A stretch of 63,932 nt of DNA, filler included, from Octopus bimaculoides (Eukaryota): NCBI RefSeq assembly GCF_001194135.2. It is 5 parts of 4 records of this genome, joined end to end, with 100 filler letters (N's around TTAATTAATTAA, not from the genome) between each part and the next. Parts side by side here need not be neighbours in the genome. Positions count along the whole stretch, not along the records: positions 20,626 to 41,223 come from NC_068992.1; positions 41,324 to 52,164 come from NC_068986.1; 3 more parts are not named here. One strand, given 5' to 3'. The notes under the pieces were generated by a model. That model did not search any database. It saw only the letters and a program-made list of their open reading frames with translations, and had not been told where the DNA came from. Below, piece by piece: positions 35,330-48,279 of the stretch. Numbering within the stretch: position 1 is the stretch's first letter; each line of letters opens with the position of its first letter. Both the position numbers and the translations under genes were made by a program.

Positions 35330-38300
35330 TATGTGCACATTTGCAAGTAAATCGTATTACGCTTAGAAAAACAACAACCTCTACAATAAGATTGTTAGAA
35401 GTTCATTTCAATCCATTTACATACTACCAAGCAGGTAAATTGAACATTATCACAACAATGAAATCATTGAATATTATCATGTGCGTAAGACTTGTTATGT
35501 GGAAACACGCTTCTACGTTGACTTGTTCATGTTGGTTAAATTTATAGGAGAATACGCCGTACAAATGTGTTCTTTAATAAAACCAAGTTGTAAACATATG
35601 AATATCAATACCAAATTTTAATAAAACTTTCTGAATTTATTGTTTATTTTCTGTCTTTTATATGTCTGTATGTTTGTAATCTCATTCTGAGCCAAATTGC
35701 AAAATGCTACCGATAACTTCTTTAAAGGTAGCATAAGTTTGCGTGGAAGGAAAATTTTGTAGACAATCTGTATCGATGGTTTGCTTCCCCATTGAGAAAT
35801 GGTAAATCGATGGATATTCTAATATAAAATTCAGACGATATTGATTTTTTTAATACACAGTAGCTAGAATGTCTAATGATTGAAGCAAAAAAAAGGACAA
35901 AAGCAAAAAAAAAAAAATTATTAAACATATCCGGAAAATAATCCCGAAGCGACCATATAAAGTTATAACAATGTATATTCAATATTTGCCAGCAAAATGG
36001 TTGCAAATCTGTCTTCTGCGAAAGTATTTTGATCTACTATCAGATGATATGATTTCTATCGCATTACCTTTAATAAGAAATCTTTCTGTCACCTTTATTA
36101 AATGGTAATGTTTGTAATCACGCGATTTTGACTGTGCTGGCTACCCACCATATTTCTTTGATAGTGAATTATTCGCTCACCCTATTCTGAACATTAACAC
36201 CATTGTTAAATTGCTCCAACCGTTAACTAGAACATTGACATAACACTTTTCAGTAATACTTGATAGAGCTTCAAAACAACCACGTAGCACTAGAAACTTA
36301 TTTGCACTACTTTTAAACAACGCTGTCCCATTAAATATCGGAAAAGTGATATATTTAAAGAAACACCGGTTTGTCTTTACTTTAGACCCATATCCAACTT
36401 CACAATTCAAAGAAAATTCCTTTTTAATTCTGATCTGAGCATGTATAAATTGTATTTCTTAAACAACTTCATATTTTCATATATATTTAGTTAAATTCGG
36501 AAGGTCTGGCTCGTAAGGAATCTGATTGTTAAAAAATTCTTGTGCATATGTGGTATTGCTGATATAAAAACTACAGATAATGTAACTGTAAGAAAACAGA
36601 CCCTTGGAGGATTTGGATTTGTTGAAACAGTTACTATAATAATAACGAGGATGAAGAAAACCCACGATAATAGATTATTATTTACGATCTTTTCTGATAT
36701 ATACTGGCTGTATTTAAGATATAAGATGTTTCTCGTTTGGGGAACAGAACAACATTGTTGCATATATTTCCATAGATTGTAAATATACCGGGATGTAGAA
36801 AACATTTGATTGGCGTGGTTACCATTCTAGCAAAATTTATCTTTAATCATCATGAACCTTAATAGAGTTTAACTATGCTTATTGGGCTTCCATGTTAAAA
36901 TCCGGCTGTAGAAGATTTTGCTATTCACTCACCTGAAGATGTTTAATATAAACAACAGCAACGTACCGTAATCGATTTAGTTCAATAAACTCCTCTTCAC
37001 AAATTTGTGATGATGGTAGACATCAATGAAACAATAATTTTTAACAAATTGTGTTATTTAACAGAAATTAGAATATTAATTTTTAATACGTTACCTTTTG
37101 AGATAATTTTTTTAAATAATAAATTACAATTATGGGTTTGTTTCTTAAGTTGTGGTGTGAAAGTTATAACGAACGATAATCATTCTTTGTCAAACCATAA
37201 AGGTACTCTTAATGATTCATAATTAAATTAAAACTTTAGATAAATTTAAGATGTGTAGTGCTTAGACTTTTTATTAAGTATACATTAAACGGAAAAGTAA
37301 TGTACAACTAACATGAAGGCAGTCTTCAAAAATTAGATATAAGCTGTTTAAGTCATGATTCTTAGTAAAGATTAATTTATTAGGCGTATGTAAATAAATT
37401 TAGTCTTGCTGTGAAGATTGTTCGGGGGTATCACGATTTCATGTTGCTTTAGGTCGTCTTCACTCTTCTTGTAACACACGCTTGCTCTCTAATTATGTAT
37501 AAATCCTTAGAAATATTCTGTCACATTACCATATATGATAATGATTTAAAAGACATTGAGCATCTTACATTAGACTTTTCACAGCATCACATTAACAAAA
37601 TCTATTAGATAGATGTATGACCAATAATGTTTAAGGATTTATTTAGCGAAATAATCTATTTAAAATAGATACTCTATTTCCTGATGTGTTGATGCGTAAA
37701 GTTGCTTTAATCGGTTTCGGTTCTTATTGGTTAAATAAATTTAATTGGGAGTTTAATGAAGAACTGTGTCTGAATTATTTCTAATGAAAACGTACTATAA
37801 TTTAGAAAAAGGTACTTGAAAACATTCTATTAAGTTAAATTCATATCGTATCAAGTAACCAGATAAGGTTAGAATATTGTTAATTTATTACATACTGTCA
37901 GTTTGACATCTAATTGATTTTAGTCTGCATTGCAAACACTAAAATATAATATGGAAGGCATACTGAACTAAACCAGTCGCAATCTTAACATCTCCAGAGT
38001 TCAAAAAGAGCTTCAAGCCCCGGTAAGTGTTTAACTCAGAACCAAAAGAAATATATCTGAAATAGCAAGTCAGTTACTTGAACGCAATACTATTTTCACT
38101 TTTTCTCTTCCTACCACTTAGTAATTAGTTTTGTTGATATTTTCACAGAAATTCGTCATCTTGTTCTCACCAGATACGTAAATAGAAACGATTAACGTAT
38201 TCTGTCCAGAAACACAAGAGAACACACGCAATAGATAACGTAATTGTTAAAGTGGCAATGTCAGAGCAGGAAGTGTAGCGTCTGTCCTTTACAGAGGCCT

Positions 38301-39450
38301 TTGAGGTTAGACTTTATAGGCAATCAAACTTTATAGGCAATCAAACTTTATAGGCAATAAAACTGGAGACTTAGTTTTAATATTTGCACTAACGTAGACT
38401 TAATTCAAAGTACCTTAGAATGTCGAAAGAGAAACGAATTTTGACTAACGCCGATCATTTGATCTCACTCTCTGTGAACATGTAGGTAGCTACCTTACAA
38501 ACTCTGCATTTATGTTTCTATCAAAATATTATTAAGGCGCAAAATTTTCATATGAAACAACAGCAAAATTCTTGTAATCTCTAAAGGTTGTAAAATGTAA
38601 TACTAGTCTGGTTTCTTTTGTAGTTTATACCCAAAACTATCCAAATTTGGCAAACCTCAGAGTAAGGCAAATCCAGCTGTGAGAATTGTAATTTTCCTTT
38701 TACGCATAGTGTATCATGAATAATATAATCTAAATTATCATATTCTTAAAATGTGGATTAAGCAAAATGTAGATGCTATTTCAAGTAGATAAAGTGACCA
38801 TATAGACGTTATCACTTTGATTAAATATTACTTATTATATTGTTATCCTTCATGGACTATCCTTGGGACCCGTAATCATAGATGCTAAGTCCTTGACCAT
38901 CTCTTATTTTGCCGAATAGATTTTCTTAGAAATCCATTTTTAAAATGCCTTATATTTTAAGGTTATAAATAAAATTCGAAGGTAGTTTGTCGTTATTTCT
39001 TGCACACCGAGTAATGCTTTTAAAGGTCCCTCTTATGTTTATTATTTAATTCCTTACTGGTGATACTTTGCTTCATTATACTGCATTTTAAGTTATTTAG
39101 ATCCCTATGAACCTGTAGTTTCCATTCAGGTTTGATTACTGCTTTCTGATATTGTACACCATTTCAACTTAAACAAAGTCGAAAATGTTTATAAGAATAT
39201 TTTTTAAAGCTTGATACTTGTCGGACTAGTTGAGAATATATGAAAGAGTTAATATGTTGTCTACATAAGCTTAGAGAAATATAAAAAGATCAATAGTATT
39301 TGACGTTAATTTATAACAACTAGATGACTAAGTGTGATTTTCCTGAACAATAGGTGATAACGTAAAGTTTTCTATTTTAAACTATGTGAAGTAGATAAGT
39401 AGAGTGAAAATGTACTATAGTTCGAAACACTGTAGGTAGAATGGCAGTAC
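35330..39450 (+). pseudogene. Heavily decayed intronless LRR-TM-TIR (Toll-like receptor-like) gene or genes
   Basis: Manual translation: LRRNT-like ICAHLQVNRI..STIRLLEVHFNP with 24- and 23-aa LRR periodicity; DNFFKGSISLR; LLNISG; SLQKLDIS; LRLDFIGN; LKMWIKQN..YCYPSW; hydrophobic stretch then LYFKVINKIRR; TIR box-1-like YTAF.SY (about 39075) and VENI*KS*YVVYIS about 53 codons later. Confidence 0.6.
38311..38361 (+). repeat. 17-bp unit in three tandem copies (ACTTTATAGGCAATCAA)
   Basis: Directly visible; adds 34 nt and shifts the frame of an LRR motif (LDFIGN). Confidence 0.9.
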
Positions 39451-39828
39451 GAAATAATGATATTGTTATACATCTTTGCTGATGATACTAGAACTATTTA
39501 TAGGTATATTTCGACGATTTAGAAGCTATCTTGTGACATTATCTTTGTTGATACAGATGCAGCAGCAACGACACATCGTGTTGAAGAACAATATCTTGCA
39601 GTATATAGATGTTGAAGAGCTTTTAACAACATTCCATACAGGTTACTATAGATTTGCTACAACACAAATTAAAGTTGATTACTATGTATAGAAATTATAT
39701 TATTCCTTTGAAAAGTTACAAATTCGTTTGTAGCAAAGGAAACTAAAACAGATTAAGGAATATGTTTTGTAATGGAAATTCAATTTGAATTATATTTTAA
39801 TGTGATTTGAGATCAAAAGCACATTGCA

Positions 39829-39868
<40 letters not shown>

Positions 39869-41110
39869 GGTTAGGTTTATTTCAAGATTTCAGTTTTTTA
39901 AAATACCAGTTTTATAAATTTAATGATTTTAGGTTATTGGAAGGTTGCATCCCAAGTTAAATTATTTCTATAATTTAAAGAAAACACAAGAAAGTAATCT
40001 ATTTCATTAATTTCTATATCAAATAAAATATCTGCCTGAAGTTTGAAGATCGTGAATTTATGATAAATCATTCAATTATCTCTACTTCATTTGACACTAG
40101 TATCATAAGGTCAGAATAAACTATATTAAACTCACTAGTCTTAGGATTCGTGATCTTGTGATTGCTGGGGGGAAATATTTACACTTCCAATCAGTTGTTG
40201 TTATTGGGTATATTCTGACCATTCTTAATTGATTGATTGAGTGATTGATTGATTGATTAGATCCATATCTTCCTGCTGAAATTTGATCTTCAACATAATA
40301 CTGAGACACATCACATAGATTGCTTATTTCTCCCCCAACTAGATTCCATTGTAAATTTCCATTCTTGCATATGTTCATGCATATTCTTATTCAAATTTAT
40401 ATAAATTGGTATAGAGTGATATCCAAATAACTAAACATATACGTGAATAATTATGTGTACATATGGTCATGAATATCTGAACTACAATTCCATTACGGTA
40501 TTTCTACTTGGTTTGCTGTGACACTTCCACCAACAATGTCTTTCAACTATCTATTTGATCATAACGAAATAAATAGCGTTGTAAATGGCCATATATACGA
40601 ACGGTTCAAGCAAAAGTTTTCAGGAGAAATTGAAGACAAAAGAGGCACCAGTCAGTTATTATTAAATTAAATTCAACGGAAATTAAGATTATTACCAATC
40701 GTCTGATTAGAATGTAAATGCGTTTCGAAGATATTTATGGTTACACAAAACACCAACAGATTTTCGTAGATCCCATCTAACTTATAAATATAACACAGCA
40801 ATTGATTTGGGGAAAAGTAAAGAAATTGCTTATTGAGTGGCTGTCCTTTAAGTAAACAACTCATTTCGGGCTGTCCTTTAAGTAAACAACGCACAGAGTA
40901 AACTGTATACGAAATTATATATATCCACCAATGCAACTATAATTGTCACTGGAAAATACCCACACGGATTCTATACATGGATATTTACTGTTGGAATGGA
41001 ACTATACTCCAAGTACTTTTTCTTCTCTGTTTTTTCTTCTCCGCATCACTCTCATTTCTTACTGCAAATCTCCTCATACAGATGTAATAATCCTTATCTT
41101 CTACTATTAC

Positions 41111-41161
41111 TGTCTCCGATGAAGGGATACATTGAATTTTTCCTGAAGCAGCTGTAAGACA
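41111..41161 (+). ncRNA. Minimal type-I hammerhead-like fold with two core deviations
   Basis: TGTCT-CCGATGA-AGGGA/TTCCT-GAAG-C(AGCT)G-TA-AGACA. All three helices pair; the core has U4C and A15.1G. Confidence 0.65.
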
Positions 41162-41223
41162 TTCTACATAAAATATAAATTTACTTATGCCATTGGTCTC
41201 TTTATCTCATTCTTTATATATAT

Positions 41224-41323
41224 NNNNNNNNNNNNNNNNNNNNNNNNNNNNNNNNNNNNNNNNNNNNTTAATTAATTAANNNNNNNNNNNNNNNNNNNNN
41301 NNNNNNNNNNNNNNNNNNNNNNN
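41224..41323. other. Artificial scaffold spacer (N-TTAATTAATTAA-N, 100 bp)
   Basis: Same layout as 20526-20625. Confidence 0.9.
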
Positions 41324-42473
41324 CATTCATGCATATATATGCATATACATACACTATACATATATATGCATATGTATGTATGTGTATTATATACATATAT
41401 ATGCATGATATATGTATGTGGATGTGTGTCTATACGGATGGTATATGTTTGAATGTGCACAATTTCACGTGTATGTATATATTTAGTGTACTTCTATGCC
41501 TCTGAATCATACAAACAGAATTACATATACACAAGGACACAGGTGGAAAAACAAAGCAGAAATGCGTAGAGGAAGATACAATAAGGAAACCTGTGCAAAT
41601 AGATAGTTAATCGATGTGTATGTATTGTGTGGTTATGTGTGTCTAAGTTGCTCGGTGTATATAATGGTCTCCCTATTCATTCAACTGTACTTAACATGCA
41701 TCATTGGGTACGCACTAGCTGACATATTCGGAAAATATGACTTGTCTAATTCTAAGTCAGAAATCAATCGCTCTGACAAAATATATTGATACGAGTATGA
41801 ATGATTATTATTTGCTTATACCGTAATAATATGCATTGTGTTTTTATGTTTTTTTGTTAGGGTTTTGTCCTGTCTTTTTCAATTGTTTTCCACTGTTTTG
41901 ATGACGTTGTGGTATGTATTGTCTTAGTTCATCATTTAGCTTTATCCTTCGCTTTTTTTTTATCATTACTTTGTATTTTATGTTTTGCTTTTGTAATTCT
42001 TTGTTTCCCCGGTATTCTTTACTTTCATTCATTGATTCATTCATCTATTCATTAATTTTTTTCATTCGTTTTAGCTCTCTCTCTCTCTTCTAATGGTGTA
42101 TTCATTGGACCATTCAATTATTTATTCATCAATCCAACGAGTCATTCATTTTCATTTCTTTTTTTCTGAATTTATTGTCTTTTTCTCAAGTTTTTACTCA
42201 TTGTGTGTATTTTTTCAATGACTGTTTTTGCTACATACTTTTTCTGTTATCTTTTATCAAAGGGAGATTATATATGTATGTGTGTATGTGTGTGTTTGAA
42301 TGTATGTATCTATGTTGCTGTATATATATATATATATACATATGTACCTATGTATATATAAATTAATATATATACATACATACACACACACTCACACACA
42401 TGTGTACATATATATATATATAACGCATGTACGTTTATGTATGTTGTTTGTTTCGGTAGTGTATTTAAGTGTG

Positions 42474-42522
<49 letters not shown>

Positions 42523-43068
42523 NNNNNNNNNNNNNNNNNNNNNNNNNNNNNNNNNNNNNNNNNNNNNNNNNNNNNNNNNNNNNNNNNNNNNNNNNNNNNN
42601 NNNNNNNNNNNNNNNNNNNNNNNNNNNNNNNNNNNNNNNNNNNNNNNNNNNNNNNNNNNNNNNNNNNNNNNNNNNNNNNNNNNNNNNNNNNNNNNNNNNN
42701 NNNNNNNNNNNNNNNNNNNNNNNNNNNNNNNNNNNNNNNNNNNNNNNNNNNNNNNNNNNNNNNNNNNNNNNNNNNNNNNNNNNNNNNNNNNNNNNNNNNN
42801 NNNNNNNNNNNNNNNNNNNNNNNNNNNNNNNNNNNNNNNNNNNNNNNNNNNNNNNNNNNNNNNNNNNNNNNNNNNNNNNNNNNNNNNNNNNNNNNNNNNN
42901 NNNNNNNNNNNNNNNNNNNNNNNNNNNNNNNNNNNNNNNNNNNNNNNNNNNNNNNNNNNNNNNNNNNNNNNNNNNNNNNNNNNNNNNNNNNNNNNNNNNN
43001 NNNNNNNNNNNNNNNNNNNNNNNNNNNNNNNNNNNNNNNNNNNNNNNNNNNNNNNNNNNNNNNNNNNN

Positions 43069-43122
<54 letters not shown>

Positions 43123-43547
43123 GCATACATATATTCCATTACGCATATGTGCTTTTATACTATTCTGTTGTTTTTGCTTTTTTGGGGTTTTTTCTCCATT
43201 TTTGTTTTCCATCATTTCTTATTGCTAATTGTTTTGTCACTTTCACTCCTTCTCGATTGTTATGTACTATTTTGATGACTTGCAGTGTGTTTTGGGTTTT
43301 TGTGTTTTGCTTTGTTCTTTTTTTTTTTATTCTTCTATCAGTTCATCATTTACTCTTCTTCCGTTCCATTTTCTATCGTCCTTTCTTTCTTTCTTTTTTT
43401 TTTATTTATTTCTGCCTATTGTTTGTACTTAATTCTTCGTTTCCTTCCATTCTTTACGTCATTCAAAGATTTTACTGGTTGGAAAACAAAATCCTGTTCA
43501 ACATAGTTTTGCGTTTTGGTACTATCTGATTAATATCATTATATTTT

Positions 43548-43554
43548 AATGAGA

Positions 43555-43605
<51 letters not shown>

Positions 43606-43700
43606 NNNNNNNNNNTATTATTATTATTATCATCATCATCATCATCATCATAATCATCATCTTCCTGATCATCCTTATCATCGCCGTCATCATTGTCGTT
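43548..43700. repeat. (ATT)n/(ATC)n microsatellite
   Basis: Directly visible. Confidence 0.9.
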
Positions 43701-44526
43701 CATATTATTAAAATGGTAATAAAGGTAGCAATAGCTCACATAATAGGTTCTCGAATGTACAAACAGCCATGATTTTTTTTTTTTTGAATAGGTGTTTACT
43801 CGATAAAGACGAACCTTAATGTTTACCTGGTTCATATTCTATACATCATAGAATAACAATATGGATTCATGTCGATTTGAACTCGAAACTAAATACCGCT
43901 GAGAATTGTCCTCCCATTTTTTTTTTTTTTTTTNNNNNNNNNNNNNNNNNNNNNNNNNNNNNNNNNNNNNNNNNNNNNNNNNNNNNNNNNNNNNNNNNNN
44001 NNNNNNNNNNNNNNNNNNNNNNNNNNNNNNNNNNNNNNNNNNNNNNNNNNNNNNNNNNNNNNNNNNNNNNNNNNNNNNNNNNNNNNNNNNNNNNNNNNNN
44101 NNNNNNNNNNNNNNNNNNNNNNNNNNNNNNNNNNNNNNNNNNNNNNNNNNNNNNNNNNNNNNNNNNNNNNNNNNNNNNNNNNNNNNNNNNNNNNNNNNNN
44201 NNNNNNNNNNNNNNNNNNNNNNNNNNNNNNNNNNNNNNNNNNNNNNNNNNNNNNNNNNNNNNNNNNNNNNNNNNNNNNNNNNNNNNNNNNNNNNNNNNNN
44301 NNNNNNNNNNNNNNNNNNNNNNNNNNNNNNNNNNNNNNNNNNNNNNNNNNNNNNNNNNNNNNNNNNNNNNNNNNNNNNNNNNNNNNNNNNNNNNNNNNNN
44401 NNNNNNNNNNNNNNNNNNNNNNNNNNNNNNNNNNNNNNNNNNNNNNNNNNNNNNNNNNNNNNNNNNNNNNNNNNNNNNNNNNNNNNNNNNNNNNNNNNNN
44501 NNNNNNNNNNNNNNNNNNNNNNNNNG

Positions 44527-44735
44527 TTTGTTCCCCGCCACCCATCGCTTGACAACTGATTCTGGTGTGTTTACTTCTCCGTAACTTAGAGGTTCAGCAA
44601 AAGTGACCGATAGAATAAGCACTAGGCTTACAAAAAAATAAGTCCTGGAGATCGATTTGTTCGACTAAAGTACTAAAGGCAGTGCTCCTGCATGGCCACA
44701 GTCAAACGACTGAAACCAGTAAAGGAATAAAAGAA
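44527..44735 (+). mobile_element. 3' half of SINE S2
   Basis: Match to 19395-19592. Confidence 0.85.
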
Positions 44736-44879
44736 TATAGAGGTCATGTGTCTTCCAGTAAAATCCGGGTCGAGCAATGCGCTGTTGCAAGAGAATTTAG
44801 AATTTAGCAAATTGTAATTGTGTATGAAATTCATCTGTATATTCATATATGTGTATATATATTATATATCATCTTCTTC

Positions 44880-45205
44880 GTTTATTTGTTTGAGTCATTA
44901 GATTGCGGTCATGTTGAGGCAACGCCTTAAACAGTTTTCCTCGAATGAATTGACCTCGTATATTTTTTATTGGTTTCCTGGGCCGAACCACGAAGTTGCG
45001 GGGACGAAATTACACTAACACCGGTTAGGACAACTGCAGATACAAAGATACAGACACACACACACGCACACACATACACACACAACACATACACACATAC
45101 AATGTATTTATTTCATTTTCTTTCAATCAAATCCGATGACAAGTGCTTAGTCGGCCCGAAACTATAGTAGTAGACATTCGCCAATAGTGCCACGTATTGA
45201 GATTA
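44880..45205 (-). mobile_element. Old composite SINE S2 copy
   Basis: Decayed 3' half 44880-45045, (CA)n tract, 5' half 45110-45205. Confidence 0.6.
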
Positions 45206-47815
45206 ACATGTNNNNNNNNNNCGATTTGCTCGACTAAAGGCGATGCTCCAGCATGGCCGCAGTCAAATGACTGAAACAAGTAAAAGAGTAAAAGAGTAAA
45301 AGAGTAGAAAAAAGAAATTATAAAGAAAATATTATTTGTGAACGGGTACAATTTTGAGTACAGATCAAAACCGAACACTGATAATCTTTCTTCCTGCAAG
45401 AAACCTTATTGAAAAAATATGACATCAGATGCAATTAGTTTCCTTCACTTTCTCAGAAAATGTTTCCTTCCATTTCGCAGAAAATTGGTGGCACCATACA
45501 TTCCTCTCATCCATCATAACAGTAATTAAGAAGTGTATGACTTTAGCAACTGTATGCATTGACACAATACTTCACCTGTGTCATTTCTCTGTCTCTTAGT
45601 TGTGTTAATTGGTTAATCAATAAAGAGTAGTATGTTGTACAATCCCTGCATTATTCTGGTGTCGTAATACTAATAGTTACAGTATCATCCTCTAAAAATA
45701 GACACTGATACACCACGTATATAACATACATATAGGGCTGGGTAATATGTGGCTTGATAATCTTAAGGTTTGGTCAATTTTGGGAAAACAAATATAAAGT
45801 TGGCTTATTAACAATAAAGAAAATTTAATGCCTTTATGGAATTGTGACCTACATTATAACTGAATCCGTTCGCTCAGAACCAATGTTTTTATAACAATAT
45901 GATGTTTTAAGCACTGAAAATGAGGATTTGTTTTTGAAAATGTGGTAAGGTAGGAAGGGTTAGGCTGTACCTAATAGTGTTCTGCATTAAATGATTGGTA
46001 CTGCCTTTTATCGACCACAAGAAGGCCGAAAGGAACTTCCTCAATGCTCTCACGATTTTGCGCATTCACAATCATACCTGAAGCAGTAATACATATGCTT
46101 AAAGGAACCAAGTTTGTAGGTGTCTAAATGTAAAAAAGATAAATGTATAATGCTTGTAATGAAATTAAAGTTATTATAGAATTGAATGTATGGGAGATTA
46201 TTACCGAATCAAATAATGATTAAATGACATGTGCTAATTAACAGCTAATATACGAAATCAACAACATCTGAGTAGTACATGATCGTTTATAATATTATAA
46301 TATTCTTTGCTAAGAGTCATTGAGTGAAGATTATTAAACAAAATGGTAAGGGAAATAATTAATGGAATTTTAGTAAAATACTAAGAGTATTAGAAAGTAA
46401 ATTCAAGATAATTTACTGATAGATTAATAATTGAAGAACCACTAAAAAACGATAGCTAACGACTAATTAAAATGAATACATCAACATGTACAGTATTAGT
46501 ACAAGTGATTAAATAAAGTGGATATATAATATATTTAAAGGAAAATATACAAAAAATACATATAAATATAATATATATATATATATATTAAAGTGAATTA
46601 ACTAAAGTACGATGAAATGACGTAAGATGAAAAGAGAAAAGTGCATGATTAAATTGAAAGAATTGAAAAAGAGATCAACACACGAGATAAATTTTCTACC
46701 TTTGAAAATCTATAGAGTCATCATTCCTTTCCTTGTTCTATTTTATTCTGTCTTCCCTTGACACATTCTGCTTTATTTCATTTTATCTCGCCAGTTTATC
46801 TCCTTTCTATTCCTTTTAATTTAATCAAGCACTTTTCTGTTTTTCGTGGTACTTCACATCATCTCACTTTAGTTAACTATATTCTACATTTAATTGTATA
46901 TTAATATATTCTATTTTTTCTTCTGTACATTATAAATATCCACTTATATATATATTTAATCATGCAGCATATTAATTCACAACTCACTGTATTCATCTTA
47001 TTTTATTATTAACTTCTTTTCTATATTTTTACTGTTTCTTGTATTAATCTTGCTACAAATTATTTTAAAATTGCCAACACATCCATTTATTAGCTCTGCG
47101 CCTAATACTTTCACCATCTTTTAATTCAGACATTTACATCACATGACAAACTCTCTGTTTTAATCGTTACTCATAGAAAAGAATATCATAAACGTCATTA
47201 TGTCTTCGGTATATTATTAATTCCTGAAGGGGAAGGAAGAGTGCAAATATGTATGTGATTGCTTCCATTCTCCAATTGTGTGTACGTTTTATATGTACGC
47301 ACAACTGTGTATTTGTGTGAATGATAGTTCCATCCGAATGTTCGCATGTATGTGCGAACTGATATATCAGTGGTCATGATTCTCTGTGTACGTGCGTGTG
47401 TGCATACGTAATAAACATGGAACCTGTTGCAGGCGCTGATCTTCACAATAGAAATTAAATCGATCCAGCATTAAGCATATCGATATTCTTCCCTATTTAT
47501 TCTTATTCGACACATTTCCAAATTTCTCTTTCTTACTCTCCGACCAAATTCATTCCGACCGCTCTTCCACCATTTTTGTCGCTCGAAAATGTTTCTACCC
47601 ACGCAAATGAAATTATCGATTCTCTGCCATTGTCAGTCTTTTATGAAATACAGACAAACAAAAACAGTTCAACCTCCACGAAAGTCATATGCACTTCAAA
47701 CACTTCAAAAAAGTTAGACCAAAAACAAAATTTTTGCCTCCCCAGACCATCATTAGGTTTCCTGGAATCTGTTTCACGCTGCATGTATCTATATGTGTCC
47801 ATACACAAAAGCACA

Positions 47816-47867
<52 letters not shown>

Positions 47868-47871
47868 CATA

Positions 47872-48085
47872 CTTTATTAATAACACAGCAAAGACATCAC
47901 AAAAACTGTTACTCAGAGTTTCATGTTGCCGTTCGAAGGACAGTTTCGGTTAGGAAAAACTGCGCGTTGAACGGGAACGTGAAACCCTGAGTAACAGCTT
48001 GTGTGATGTCTTTGCAGCTTTATTAATAAAGCATATTACTCTACCTCCGGTATTCGAGTACTATTTTTTCCACCTTGTTTCACAT
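47872..48085. mobile_element. Second fold-back element with hammerhead-like arms
   Basis: Same architecture and tail as 31415-31611. Confidence 0.8.
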
Positions 48086-48095
48086 TTCTGTGCTT

Positions 48096-48126
<31 letters not shown>

Positions 48127-48279
48127 NNNNNNNNNNNNNNNNNNNNNNNNNNNNNNNNNNNNNNNNNNNNNNNNNNNNNNNNNNNNNNNNNNNNNNNNNN
48201 NNNNNNNNNNNNNNNNNNNNNNNNNNNNNNNNNNNNNNNNNNNNNNNNNNGATCTTATATATATATATATATACCAAAA

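Noticed and set aside
35800-36810. Fairly open minus-strand frames with TM-like text (LSWVFF...PPRV), reminiscent of Cys-loop receptors
   Set aside because: Better explained as the antisense shadow of the + strand LRR frame; spacing does not fit M1-M2.
39470-39640. IFADDT and YIDVE/AFNN words resembling reverse transcriptase motifs
   Set aside because: The motifs are in the wrong order for an RT and have no supporting context.
40839-40890. 22-bp direct repeat GGCTGTCCTTTAAGTAAACAAC twice, CRISPR-like at first glance
   Set aside because: Only two units with an 8-bp spacer, no cas genes, eukaryotic context; a simple tandem duplication.
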